Part shown: positions 9,376 through 19,320 of the stretch, in pieces
Position numbering within the stretch: the stretch's first letter is position 1
How the letters are laid out: the number at the start of each line of letters is the position of its first letter
Assembly: GCA_004356455.1 (NCBI GenBank)
Contig: SMWZ01000118.1
Location: 1 to 44,140 of the forward strand
Direction of reading: 5' to 3'
DNA: 44,140 bases
Origin: Deltaproteobacteria bacterium
GTDB lineage: Bacteria > Myxococcota_A > UBA9160 > SZUA-336
Program-made: the position numbers and the translations under genes
Notes under the pieces: generated by a model
What the model was told of the DNA's origin: nothing
What the model saw: only the letters and a program-made list of their open reading frames with translations
Database searches by the model: none

Positions 9376-12300
9376 GTCCAGGACACGGCGTGCGCACGGT
9401 AGGTGCCGGCCAGGCCCTTCAAGTTGAGGTCTCGCCCCTCGTCGAAGCGCAGATCACGTGAGCTCTCGACCAGCTCCTTCAGCACCGACGATACCAGGAT
9501 CTCCGTTGGCCGCGCCTGGTCCGCGATCCGGGACGCCAGAATCACCGTCTTGCCGAAGAATTTGTTGGCGTCCCTGATGGCCTCGCCCGAGTGAAGGCCG
9601 ATGCGCACACGGATCGGCTGCTCGACGTGCTCCTCGTTGTAGCGGCTGAAGGCCCGCTGGATGGCGATCGCGCACTCGACCCCCTGGCCGGGGCTCGAGA
9701 AGGCCAGCAGGAAGCCATCACCCTGGAGCTCCACCTCATAGCCTGCGTGCTCCTTGAGCGCCGAGCGCACGATGCCATGGTGGGCCTGAATGACCCGGAG
9801 CGCCTCCCGATCGCCGAGGCGCTCTGTCATCGCGGTGAAGCCCTCCATATCGCTGAACATGAGCGTCACGGTGCCATCCGGGGAGGCATGCCGTTGCAGG
9901 TCGGGACGCTCGCTCTCCACCACCGAAGCTACCGCCTCGATCGAAGTGCGGATGTCGGCTCCCCTGGCGATGCCCTGGATCTCGAGCTTCACCCCCAGCC
10001 CGTCCTCGACTAGCCCCTTCATGCCGAGCGAGCGCGCCTCCTCGAGCGCCTGGTTCACGAGCGCGAGCGCCTTGTCACGATCGCCGCCTCGGCCTCGCGC
10101 CAGGCACATCTGGGCGTAGTCGTACCTGGCATACGCCAGGAAGGGCCGCGCGCCCACCTGCTCGTTCCTGCGGATCGCCGCCTCGAAGTGGCGCTCAGCG
10201 TCGTCCCAGCGTCCAAGGATGGTGGCCAGCAGCCCCAGCTGTCCCTCGACCGACCCGAGGCTCAGAAAGAACACCAGGCAAGCCATGCGATCGGCCAGGG
10301 GCGTCAGACGCTCGTAGAGGAACTCCGCGCGCTGCGTGTCACCCAGAAGGACGCAGGCGCGGGCGAGTATGCTGAGCGCGAAGGTCCATCTGAAATCCTT
10401 CAGCTCCTCGTCGAGATCGGCGCCCAGGACCCGATCGAGCTCGGCGCGCGCCTCGGCATCTCGGCCGGCCTCGGCGTGGAGAAAAGCCAGGATCACACTC
10501 ACGCTCAGGTCCGGATCCTGGCCGCCGTGGTCCTCGAGACCCGAGATGGCCTGGTCGAGCTCTCCGCGCATGAGCAGAAGGACGCCCTTCTGAATGATCA
10601 CGATCCGCTCCACGGTAGGAGCCTGCACCCGCTGCGTAACGCGCTCCGCTTCCGCCAAGAGCTGCTCGGCTTCCTCGAAGCGGCCGCGCAGCAGGGCGCG
10701 CGCGATGCGGATCCGGATCACACCCGCCTCTCGCAGGGGCTGACGCATGATCTGGACCAGGCCTGCGAGCGCCTCGAGCTGGCGATCGATCGCGACCCAG
10801 TCGCCGAGGACCATGAGATCTACGACGACGTGGACCCGACCCGCCCACATGAGCTCGTAGTCGCCGATCGACTCGGCCACCTCGAGCATCTCCTGCGGTA
10901 CGGCGAGACGCTCCCGGGGGTCGCACAAGGGGTCGGACAGGAGGTGGAGCACGTCGAGCACGTGCGTCAGCGTCGGTCGATCTCCCACGCGCCGGGCCAT
11001 CTCCACCGCCTGCAGCGCGAGCTTCTCCGCCTCGGGGCGACCGATCCCGAGGCGCGACACCAGCGCGAGCAGCCCAAGCAGCCGCGCGTGCAGGGCGCTG
11101 TCGTCCTTCCCCAGCCCGGCCAGCGCCTGCTCGATCAGCTCGATCGCGCGCGGGTTGGGAAATCCGAAGATCATCAGTCGGGCGTATCCGACCGCCGCGT
11201 GCGCAAGCTGCTCCACCGAGCCGATCTGCTGCGCCAGGCCGGCGGCCCGCTCGAAGGTCTCGCGGGCGCCATCGTGGTTGCCCGCCGCGCGCTGACTGTC
11301 GCCCAGAGCCAGGTAGAGCTCGCAGCGCTTTGCGTCGTCGAGCGGCTCCTGGAGCTCGGACGCTTGCAGGGCACGATCGTAATGCCCGACGGCCTCCTCG
11401 TAGGCACGTTGGCTCACGGCGCTCTCCGCCGCCGCCACCGCGTAGTTCACGGCCTTGTCCACACTGCCGGCCTGGATCGACTGGAAGAAGTGGTGCGCCA
11501 GCTCTGCCAGGTGCGGCTCGGGATTCGTCCGGTGCAAGTCCTCGAGCACCTCGCCGACGCGACGATGAATGCGTACGCGCCGCGGTGTGCTGAGCTCCTC
11601 GTAGAGCGTCTCGCGAACCAGCGCGTGCAAGAAACGGTAGCGGCCTACGCTGTCGGCCACATCCGTAACCACACGGGCGGCGGTCGCCTCCTCGATCGTC
11701 TCGAGCAGTCCATCGCCCTCGAGCTCGCACGAACGCTCGAGCACGCTCAGGTCGAACTCGCGGCCAATCACCGACGCGACGCTCAGGATCTCGTTGCAGG
11801 ACTCCGAGAGCTGGTTGAGCCGCCGCCCGATCACGTCGCGCACGCTCTGCGGGATGGTGAGATTCAAGCTGCCGGCGTCCTCGAGACGTCCATCGCTGAT
11901 GAGCAGCCTCACGACCTCGTGCAGGAAGAAGGGATTGCCCTCGGTCTCGGTGTAAAGCGCCTCGGCCAGCCTAGGAGGCGCCTTGTCGCAGATACTCATG
12001 GCGACGAAACGGGCCACATCGGGCCGGCTCAGCCCGCGCAGCAGGACGCGTTCGCTGAGGCCCGCACGCGTGAGGATCGCGAGTGTCTCGGAGAGCGGGT
12101 GACCGCGCTTGAGCTCCACATCGCGGTACGTCCCCAGCAGCAGCAGACGCGATTGGTGGATCTCGCGCACCAGGAACTGCAGCAGCAGCAGAGAGGACTC
12201 GTCGGCCCAGTGCAGGTCATCCAGCACCAACACCAGGGGCTGCTCGTTCGAAAAATTCTTGAGGAAGGTCGTGATACTGTCAAAGAGACGAAAGCGGGCC

Positions 12301-13748
12301 GCCTCCGCCTCGAGCTCGGGGGGCTCGGGCAGGTCGGGCAGAACCTCGCGCACCTCGGGAGCGATCGCCGCAATGTCGGTCGCGCCCGAGCCCATCCAGC
12401 TACGGAGCTTCTCGGCATCACGCTCGGCGATGCTCGCACGAACGATCTGCACCCACGGCCAGTAGGCGGGTGCACCCTCGCCCTCATAGCAGCGCCCCCA
12501 GAGCACCTCGGCTCCACGCAGGCGCGCGTAGGTCACGATCTCCTCGGCGGTCCGGGTCTTCCCGATCCCCGGCTCGCCCACCAGCATGAGCACGCGCCCG
12601 CTGCCGGCCAGGGCCTGATCGACGCCTTTGCGCAGCAGCCCAACCTCGTGCTCGCGCCCAACGAAGATGCCCCCGGCCAGCCGATCCAATGGGTTGCTGT
12701 GCTCCGGCGGCAGCTCCACAGCGCCGCCCTGCTGTGCCGTCGAGATCGCCTGCAGAGCCTGCTCCACCGCCGCCGCGCTCTCGAGACGGTCCTGCGGGTC
12801 CTTCTCGAGCAGCTTCAGGATCAGCGTCTCGAGCGGCTTAGGCACCTCGGCGTTGTGCCACGAAGGCGCGACCGGGGCCGTGTTGATGTGCTGAGAGATG
12901 ACCGCGACCACGCCGTCGCCCACGAACGGCGGACGTCCCGTCACCAGCTCGTACAGCATGGCTCCGAGCGCGTAGAGGTCGCTGCGCACGTCGGGCGCTC
13001 GCCCCAGCGCCTGCTCGGGGGGCATGTAGGCCACGGTGCCGACCATGAGCCCCTCCTGCGTGAGTCGCGAGCGGTCCAGCGATACGGCCAGGCCGAAGTC
13101 GCCGAGCTTGGCGGTCCCGTCCTGCGTAAGCCAGACGTTGCTCGGCTTCAGGTCGCGATGAATCACGCCCCGGCTGTGGGCGTGCTCGAGGCCCCGGCAG
13201 ATCTCGATCCCGATCCGGACCGCCTCGGCGATGGGCAGATGCTGGTTCTCCGCCTGCGCCACCCACGACTCGACCGTCCCTCCGGCCAGGTACTGGCTCA
13301 CGATGTAGAGCTGCTCGTCCTGCTCCAGGATGTCGTACACGGTGACGATGTGCGGGTGGTCGCCCAGCTCGCCCATGGCCTGCACCTCGCGGCGCACGCG
13401 AACGAGACCGGGCTCGCCGAGACCGTCGTTCTTGATCACCCCGATCGCAACGTCGCGGTTGAGCTGCGTGTCCCGCGCCAGGTAGACGCGTTTCTTCGAC
13501 CCCTCCCCCAGAAATTTCAGCACCGGGTAGCGTCCGTTTGAGAACGCGGTGGGCATGGGGGGTGTAGCACCCAGCTGCGGAGCGGGTGCAGTCTTCAGAC
13601 TGCGCCCGCAAACGTTACAGAAGCGCTGGCCCTGGGGGTTGGAGGAGCCGCAGTGCTGGCAGGAGGTCTCGGCCACGAGTGGCGTCCCGCACGCCCCACA
13701 GAAGCTCGCGGTGTCGGGGTTCGGGCTCTCGCAGGAAAGGCAGTTCAT
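9372..13748 (-). CDS. Multidomain signalling protein: double zinc ribbon + Ser/Thr kinase + STAND AAA ATPase + TPR + class III nucleotide cyclase
   Basis: CxxC pairs; HRDLKPSN/DFG; FVGRE, GEPGIGKT, LDDLHWAD, GNPFF; helical TPR region; FSDMEGFT...GDG...RIGLHSG. Confidence 0.92.
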   Translation of the reverse strand: MNCLSCESPNPDTASFCGACGTPLVAETSCQHCGSSNPQGQRFCNVCGRSLKTAPAPQLGATPPMPTAFSNGRYPVLKFLGEGSKKRVYLARDTQLNRDVAIGVIKNDGLGEPGLVRVRREVQAMGELGDHPHIVTVYDILEQDEQLYIVSQYLAGGTVESWVAQAENQHLPIAEAVRIGIEICRGLEHAHSRGVIHRDLKPSNVWLTQDGTAKLGDFGLAVSLDRSRLTQEGLMVGTVAYMPPEQALGRAPDVRSDLYALGAMLYELVTGRPPFVGDGVVAVISQHINTAPVAPSWHNAEVPKPLETLILKLLEKDPQDRLESAAAVEQALQAISTAQQGGAVELPPEHSNPLDRLAGGIFVGREHEVGLLRKGVDQALAGSGRVLMLVGEPGIGKTRTAEEIVTYARLRGAEVLWGRCYEGEGAPAYWPWVQIVRASIAERDAEKLRSWMGSGATDIAAIAPEVREVLPDLPEPPELEAEAARFRLFDSITTFLKNFSNEQPLVLVLDDLHWADESSLLLLQFLVREIHQSRLLLLGTYRDVELKRGHPLSETLAILTRAGLSERVLLRGLSRPDVARFVAMSICDKAPPRLAEALYTETEGNPFFLHEVVRLLISDGRLEDAGSLNLTIPQSVRDVIGRRLNQLSESCNEILSVASVIGREFDLSVLERSCELEGDGLLETIEEATAARVVTDVADSVGRYRFLHALVRETLYEELSTPRRVRIHRRVGEVLEDLHRTNPEPHLAELAHHFFQSIQAGSVDKAVNYAVAAAESAVSQRAYEEAVGHYDRALQASELQEPLDDAKRCELYLALGDSQRAAGNHDGARETFERAAGLAQQIGSVEQLAHAAVGYARLMIFGFPNPRAIELIEQALAGLGKDDSALHARLLGLLALVSRLGIGRPEAEKLALQAVEMARRVGDRPTLTHVLDVLHLLSDPLCDPRERLAVPQEMLEVAESIGDYELMWAGRVHVVVDLMVLGDWVAIDRQLEALAGLVQIMRQPLREAGVIRIRIARALLRGRFEEAEQLLAEAERVTQRVQAPTVERIVIIQKGVLLLMRGELDQAISGLEDHGGQDPDLSVSVILAFLHAEAGRDAEARAELDRVLGADLDEELKDFRWTFALSILARACVLLGDTQRAEFLYERLTPLADRMACLVFFLSLGSVEGQLGLLATILGRWDDAERHFEAAIRRNEQVGARPFLAYARYDYAQMCLARGRGGDRDKALALVNQALEEARSLGMKGLVEDGLGVKLEIQGIARGADIRTSIEAVASVVESERPDLQRHASPDGTVTLMFSDMEGFTAMTERLGDREALRVIQAHHGIVRSALKEHAGYEVELQGDGFLLAFSSPGQGVECAIAIQRAFSRYNEEHVEQPIRVRIGLHSGEAIRDANKFFGKTVILASRIADQARPTEILVSSVLKELVESSRDLRFDEGRDLNLKGLAGTYRAHAVSWT

Positions 13749-13801
13749 CGTTTCGGGGGGCTCGAGGCCTCGGTCTCCCAGTGTAGCGCGCGCCGCCTGC
13801 C

Positions 13802-14590
13802 TCAGCCCCCGAAGGGTGGGAAGCCCGCGAGGTGCAACCCACTCGTCAAACCTCCGTCCACGACGATGGCCGCACCGGTGATGGCGGACGCCTCATCGCT
13901 CGCCAAAAAGAGCACGACGTTCGCGATCTCTTCGGGCTGGATGAAGCGGCCGATCGCATGCTGTGCCATAACCTGCTCACGCGAGTTCGGACTGACATCG
14001 AGCAGCCGCTCGAGCATGGGCGTTTCCACCGCACCGGGGCAGACGGCGTTGGCCCGGATGCGCTTGCGTCCGTACTCGATGGCCACGTTTCGCGTCAGGT
14101 TGATCACAGCGGCCTTGGCCGTCGTATAGGGTGCAGCCATGATCTCCCCGAAAAAGCCCTCGACCGAGGCCGTACTGATGATCGAGCCCCCGCCGCGCTC
14201 GAGCATGGCCGGGATCGCAGTGCGCATGCCGTAGAAGACCGAGTCCAGCATGACCGCGAGGCTCCGGGTCCAGACCTCGGGCTCGATCTGCGCCACGTAG
14301 CCACCGCCCGACCAGGCTGCGTTGTTGTACATCACGTCCAGTCCGCCGTAGGTCTTCACGGCGAGCTCGACCGTGGCCTCGATGTCCGCGAGCTGACTCA
14401 CATCGCAGTGCTGAAACACGGCCTTCGCCCCGTCGGCCCCGAGCTTGGACACGATCTCCACCCCGGCCGCGTCGTTGATGTCGGCACACACGACGCTCGC
14501 GCCCTCCGCCGCGAAGCGGCGCAGCGTGGCCGCGCCGATTCCCGACGCCCCACCCGTCACGATCGCCACCTTGCCCTTGAGTCGATCCAT
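13802..14590 (-). CDS. SDR family oxidoreductase
   Basis: TGGASGIG, NNA, YTTAK, NAVCPG, VDGG; ATG at 14590. Confidence 0.92.
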   Translation of the reverse strand: MDRLKGKVAIVTGGASGIGAATLRRFAAEGASVVCADINDAAGVEIVSKLGADGAKAVFQHCDVSQLADIEATVELAVKTYGGLDVMYNNAAWSGGGYVAQIEPEVWTRSLAVMLDSVFYGMRTAIPAMLERGGGSIISTASVEGFFGEIMAAPYTTAKAAVINLTRNVAIEYGRKRIRANAVCPGAVETPMLERLLDVSPNSREQVMAQHAIGRFIQPEEIANVVLFLASDEASAITGAAIVVDGGLTSGLHLAGFPPFGG

Positions 14591-14603
14591 TACTCCGGTC
14601 TCC

Positions 14604-15467
14604 TCACGCGCTGCGCGGATACTTGAGCATGCGCTTGAGCATCTCATCCCGCAGCCGAGTGGGAAGAATGCGGATCAGCAAGGACTGCACCTTGGCGTCC
14701 GGCCCCACGACGTAGCGAACGCGTGGGCGCCGCGCCGTCAGGGCGTGGTGAATCTGCTTGGCCACCCGCTCAGGCGGGATGGCACCCTTCTCCATCCCGC
14801 CGAAGGCGCCGCGCACCGCCTCGATGGCCTCGCCATACAGCTCGATGCCTTCCTTCGGGATCTGCGCGACCATGCTGTCGGCGTGCGCTTGTCCCTTTTC
14901 GAACAACGGGGTGGCGATCGCGCCGGGCTCGATCACCGAGACGTGCATACCCCAGGGGCTGAGCTCGATGCGCAGCGAATCCGAGAACGCTTCGAGCGCG
15001 TACTTCGAAGCGTTGTAGGGACCGAGGACGGGAACCGCCAAGCGACCGCCGATGGACGAGACGTTGACGATGCGCCCCCGCCGCTTGCGAAGCAGCGGCA
15101 GAAACGCCTGGGTCACCGCGACCGGTCCGACGAAGTTGACCTCGAGCCCTCGGCGCAGCTCATCCAGGTCGAGGAACTCGTACGGACCCCCGACACTGAT
15201 CCCCGCGTTGTTCACGAGTCCCGCCAGCCCGCCGTCCCCGAGCGCCTCCTCGACCTTCTTGCGGGACGCCTCGATCGAGCGGCCGTCCACAACGTCGAGC
15301 TGAATCGGGTGCAGATTCTCCGACGCCTCCTTGCGCAAGGACTCTGCATCCACATCACGCCGCACCCCTGCGAAGACCTGAAAGCCGTTGCGGTCCAGAA
15401 AAAGTGCCGTCGCTCGACCGATTCCCGTGGACGCGCCCGTGATCACCACCGCGCCTTGGTGGGTCAT
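14604..15467 (-). CDS. SDR family oxidoreductase (17-beta-HSD/RDH-like)
   Basis: TGASTGIG, LVNNAG, YNASK, IEPG; ATG at 15467 (the ORF extension to 15959 overlaps the next gene). Confidence 0.9.
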   Translation of the reverse strand: MTHQGAVVITGASTGIGRATALFLDRNGFQVFAGVRRDVDAESLRKEASENLHPIQLDVVDGRSIEASRKKVEEALGDGGLAGLVNNAGISVGGPYEFLDLDELRRGLEVNFVGPVAVTQAFLPLLRKRRGRIVNVSSIGGRLAVPVLGPYNASKYALEAFSDSLRIELSPWGMHVSVIEPGAIATPLFEKGQAHADSMVAQIPKEGIELYGEAIEAVRGAFGGMEKGAIPPERVAKQIHHALTARRPRVRYVVGPDAKVQSLLIRILPTRLRDEMLKRMLKYPRSA

Positions 15468-16066
15468 TTTTCTCCCCCTAGGAGTGGATCGTAGAGCAGC
15501 TCGACGATCCGGTGCTGGAGCTCCAAATACTCGAAGCGGCACTGCGCGTGCTCGCCCTCTCCATGCTTGTGAAACTCGGGACCGGGGTGGATGTGCCGGA
15601 TCCGACCCTGCCGATCGATAAGAAAGCTTACGGAGGTGGCACGCCGCCGCCCACCATCCAGCCAGAACTTCCTCAGGTTCGACCAGTCCAGATCGAGCCC
15701 GATCGGAAACTGGAACCCGCGCTGCTCCACTACCTTTTGGATTTCTTCCGCGCTGACCTGCCGGGTGCTCGGCTTGGGGTGGTACATGCCGATCACCACC
15801 AGTCCGCGCTTCGCGTACAGATCGTGGAACTCGTTCAAGGCGGGGGCGCTGCGCGCGCACATCGGACAGGTGTCCGTCCACCAGCGTATCAGCACCACGC
15901 GGCCCCGCAGGTCGGCCAGCTGCAGCGGCTCCGACTGGAGCCAGTCGACCGCGTTCCACTCGGGCGCCCTGCGGCCCAGCAGCTCTTCGCCCTCGGCCGC
16001 TAGGGACGGAACGGCCTTGCCCATAGCCCAGGCGCCCAGAGTGAGCCAGATGAAGAGTTTCAGCAT
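15464..16066 (-). CDS. TlpA-like thioredoxin/redoxin, exported
   Basis: Signal peptide, GRRAPEW, LRGRVVLIRWW-TDTCPMC (CxxC), FLIDRQGRIR. Confidence 0.82.
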   Translation of the reverse strand: MLKLFIWLTLGAWAMGKAVPSLAAEGEELLGRRAPEWNAVDWLQSEPLQLADLRGRVVLIRWWTDTCPMCARSAPALNEFHDLYAKRGLVVIGMYHPKPSTRQVSAEEIQKVVEQRGFQFPIGLDLDWSNLRKFWLDGGRRRATSVSFLIDRQGRIRHIHPGPEFHKHGEGEHAQCRFEYLELQHRIVELLYDPLLGGEK

Positions 16067-16112
16067 GCCAGCGTCTACGATATCACGCGGCAGTCCCGGA
16101 GATGAGCGCAGC

Positions 16113-17129
16113 TCAGCCGATCGGGTAGGGGATCTCGCGCGCCACCCGGTCGCAGGCTTGCCGCACCTCATCCGAAAGCTTCAGGTCGGCCGCGGCGAGA
16201 GATTCGGTGAGCTGGTCCACCGAGGTCGCGCCGATCAGGGTCGAGCCAACGAACTCGCAGGTCAGCGTCCACGCGATCGCGAGGGTCACCGGCGGCAGGC
16301 CGGCCTCTGATGCCACCTGCATGAAGCGCGCGGTCGCCGCCAGGGTCTTCTCGCTCAGGAAGCGACGGGTTAGCGCCTGCGTGCGCGGGGTGTCGGTCTC
16401 GTAGAGGCTGAAGCGAGCGCCCGGGGGCCTCGCGCCGCCCTGGTACTTGCCGCTCAGCACCCCGGCCGCCAGCGGACTGTAGGGGAGCAGCGAGATGCGC
16501 TCGCTGCGGCAGACCTCGCGCAAGTCCTCTCCCGCACGCCGGTCGAGGAAGCTGAAACCGTTCTGAACGGTCTCGAAGCGCGGGTACCCGCCGACGTCCG
16601 CGGCCCAGAGGCTCTTGGTGAGACCGTACGCGCTCTCGTTGCTACAGCCGATCACGCGCACCTTACCGGCATCGACGACGCGCGCGAGCCCCTCGAGCGT
16701 CTCCTCGAAGGGCAGCCCCCGGTCCGACCAGTGCGTCTGGTAGAGGTCGATGTAGTCGGTCCCCAGCCGTCGCAGGCTGAGCTCGACCGCGCTCTCGATC
16801 GAGTGCCGGTCCAGCCCCACCTTGCCGCCACGCACGGGCGCCTGGAACCAGCCCCCGCCCGGGCCAGCGATCTTGGTGGCAATGAAGACGGAGTCGCGTT
16901 GCCGCCCGGAGAGCCACTTGCCCAGGATCTCCTCGCTGCGTCCCGCGTACTTGGGATCCGGCGGCACCGGATAGATCTCCGCCGTGTCGAAGAAATCGAT
17001 CCCCGCCTCGAGGGCCCGATCCATGATCGCCAGGCTCTGCGCCTCGTCGGCCATGCTGCCGAAGGTCATGGTTCCCAGGCCCAGCTCCGATACCACCAGG
17101 GCCGAACGCCCGAGTCGTCGACTCTTCAT
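16113..17129 (-). CDS. Aldo/keto reductase (Tas-like)
   Basis: LGLGTMTFG, DTAEIYP, SLRRLGTDYIDLYQTHW, YSPLAAGVLSGKY. Confidence 0.92.
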   Translation of the reverse strand: MKSRRLGRSALVVSELGLGTMTFGSMADEAQSLAIMDRALEAGIDFFDTAEIYPVPPDPKYAGRSEEILGKWLSGRQRDSVFIATKIAGPGGGWFQAPVRGGKVGLDRHSIESAVELSLRRLGTDYIDLYQTHWSDRGLPFEETLEGLARVVDAGKVRVIGCSNESAYGLTKSLWAADVGGYPRFETVQNGFSFLDRRAGEDLREVCRSERISLLPYSPLAAGVLSGKYQGGARPPGARFSLYETDTPRTQALTRRFLSEKTLAATARFMQVASEAGLPPVTLAIAWTLTCEFVGSTLIGATSVDQLTESLAAADLKLSDEVRQACDRVAREIPYPIG

Positions 17130-18031
17130 GCGTAGCTCCTAGCTTCCAGCTCTTTCAGCCCGGAGAAGCATGCGAGTGCCTGCGGGTTCGCGAGCGCGTC
17201 CCGGTTCTTGACCTCCTGTCCGTGGATCACCTGCCGCAGCGCAAGCTCCACCTTCTTTCCGCTGAGCGTGTACGGGATATCGGCCACGGCCAGAATCGAG
17301 GCCGGCACGTGTCGAGGCGTGGTGTTTTCGCGGATCCGCCGCTGGATGCGAGCCAGGAGATCGGCATCCAGCTCGAGGCCGGGCTTGAGCATCACGCAAA
17401 GAATCACCCGCACGTCGGCCACCACGTCCAGCGAGCCGTGGCTCTTTCCGTTGTAGTGATAGCCATCGTTGGGCTCGATCTGACCAAAGCGATCGAACAC
17501 ACCCGCCCTCCCGAAGTCAGGCGAGCACGAGGACCAGATGGCCCCCAGGCTGGTGGCGGCCAGCATCGCAACCACCGTCTCGGGCATGTTCGGCATGAGC
17601 CCCGCCACGCGCTCCCCGACACCGACGCCAGTCTCCCTCAGCGCGTGAGCCAGACGGGCCACTTGATGCTAGAGCTCGGCGTAGGTCATGCGCACCGGCG
17701 GCTGTCCTTCGCCTCGGAAGACGAGCGCCGTTCGGTCGTCGCGATGACGCAGCAGGTTCTCTGCGAAGTTGAGTGGCGCTCCCTCGAACCAGGTCGCACC
17801 CGGCATACGGGCGGGATCGTCTACGACCCGTACGTAGCCCCTGGAGTGGATGACCCCGCAGAAATCCCATACGGCGGCTCCGAGCTCCGCCGGGTTCTCG
17901 ACCGACCAGCGGTAGAGTGACTCGTAGTCCTCGAGTGCAACGCGGTGCCGATCACAGATCAAGCCGAGGAACCGGTAAAGCTGCGTCCCTCTCGCGCGCT
18001 CGGCGGACGGCTGCCACAGTAGCTCGGCCAC
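17126..18031 (-). pseudogene. Acetoacetate-CoA ligase pseudogene
   Basis: LWQPS, WFEGAPLNFAENLL, GAIWSSCSPDFG, PRHVP, PYTLSGKKVE are recognisable; in-frame TAG at 17669-17671; only about 300 codons of a usually ~650-aa enzyme, AMP-binding core absent. Confidence 0.85.
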
Positions 18032-18082
18032 GGATTCTCCCCTCGAGCTCCGATGCTACCATGCTCCCGAGCGGGAGGAGCC

Positions 18083-19231
18083 ATGCAGCGCGAAATCTTC
18101 AGCGAGGAACATGATCTTCTGCGGGAGCAGTTCCGGCGCTTCGCTCAGAAAGAGATCGAGCCCAAGGTGGCCGAGTGGAACGCGAACCGCACGAGTGACC
18201 GCGAGAGCTGGCGGCGTATGGGAGAGGAGGGCTTCCTCGGCGCCTGCGCCCCCGAGGAGTACGGCGGTGCGGGTGGGGACTTCCTGTACGACGCGGTCAT
18301 CATGGAAGAGCTGGCGTGGTTTCGTGCCCACGCACTGATGATGTCGCTTCACTCCAGCATCTGCATGCCCTACATCATCCACTACGGGAACCAGCAGCAG
18401 AAGCAGAAGTACCTGCCAGGAACCATCACGGGCGAGATCCCGCTGGGCATCGCCATGACGGAGCCCGGCACCGGCTCCGATCTGGCCAACATACAGACCA
18501 GCGCGCTGCGCGACGGAGATCACTACGTCCTGAACGGCTCCAAGACCTTCATCTCGAACGGACAGATCGGTGATCTCTTCATCGTGGTCGCGAAAACCGA
18601 TCCCCAGGCGGTCCCGCCCCACAACGGCATCAGCCTGCTGTTGGTCGAGGCCGACACGCCTGGCTTCGTGCGCGGTCGCAAGCTCGAAAAACTGGGGCTG
18701 CCAGGTCAGGACACGAGCGAGCTCTTCTTCCAGGACTGTCGCGTTCCCGCGGAGAACCTGCTCGGCGAAGAGGGCCAGGGCTTCAAGCTGCTGATGCAGC
18801 AGCTCCAGCAGGAGCGGCTCTGCATCGCGGTCAGCTCGATGGCCTCTTGCCGACGGGCGCTCCACGACACGCTCGAGTACGTGAAGCAGCGTCACGCCTT
18901 CGGCAGACCGATCGCCGCATTCCAGAACACACAGTTCAAGCTTGCCGAGCTGGCAAGCGAGGTGGAGATCGGCCAGGCCTTTGTCGACAAGCTGCTCGTC
19001 GCACATGTGCGGGGCGATGAGATCGTGTCCGAGGTGAGCATGGGGAAGTGGTGGACCACCGATCTCCAGAAGCGGCTCACCGGCGAATGTCTGCAGCTCC
19101 ACGGTGGCTACGGCTACATGAGCGAGTATCCGATCTCGGGTGACTACGCCGATGCGGCGGTACAGTCGATCTACGCCGGCTCGAACGAGATCATGAAGGT
19201 GATCATCGCCCGTCGCCTCGGGCTCGAATGA
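18083..19231 (+). CDS. Acyl-CoA dehydrogenase (long-chain type)
   Basis: IAMTEPGTGSD, LNGSKTFISNG, QLHGGYGYM, IYAGSNEIMK; RBS GGAGGAG before ATG 18083. Confidence 0.95.
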   Translation: MQREIFSEEHDLLREQFRRFAQKEIEPKVAEWNANRTSDRESWRRMGEEGFLGACAPEEYGGAGGDFLYDAVIMEELAWFRAHALMMSLHSSICMPYIIHYGNQQQKQKYLPGTITGEIPLGIAMTEPGTGSDLANIQTSALRDGDHYVLNGSKTFISNGQIGDLFIVVAKTDPQAVPPHNGISLLLVEADTPGFVRGRKLEKLGLPGQDTSELFFQDCRVPAENLLGEEGQGFKLLMQQLQQERLCIAVSSMASCRRALHDTLEYVKQRHAFGRPIAAFQNTQFKLAELASEVEIGQAFVDKLLVAHVRGDEIVSEVSMGKWWTTDLQKRLTGECLQLHGGYGYMSEYPISGDYADAAVQSIYAGSNEIMKVIIARRLGLE

Positions 19232-19320
19232 GCCTGGGACTCAAGTGAACATCTGAACACGGGCGAGTTTCGCCAACTACCTCGCCCGTGACGGAAAACC
19301 GAAGAGAGGGGACCCTCATC

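Noticed and set aside
10188-13541. 1117-aa plus-strand ORF
   Set aside because: Antisense shadow of the kinase-STAND-cyclase gene; no motifs; expected in high-GC coding DNA
17669-17671. In-frame TAG as pyrrolysine or programmed readthrough
   Set aside because: The gene also lacks its catalytic core, so simple pseudogenisation is more parsimonious
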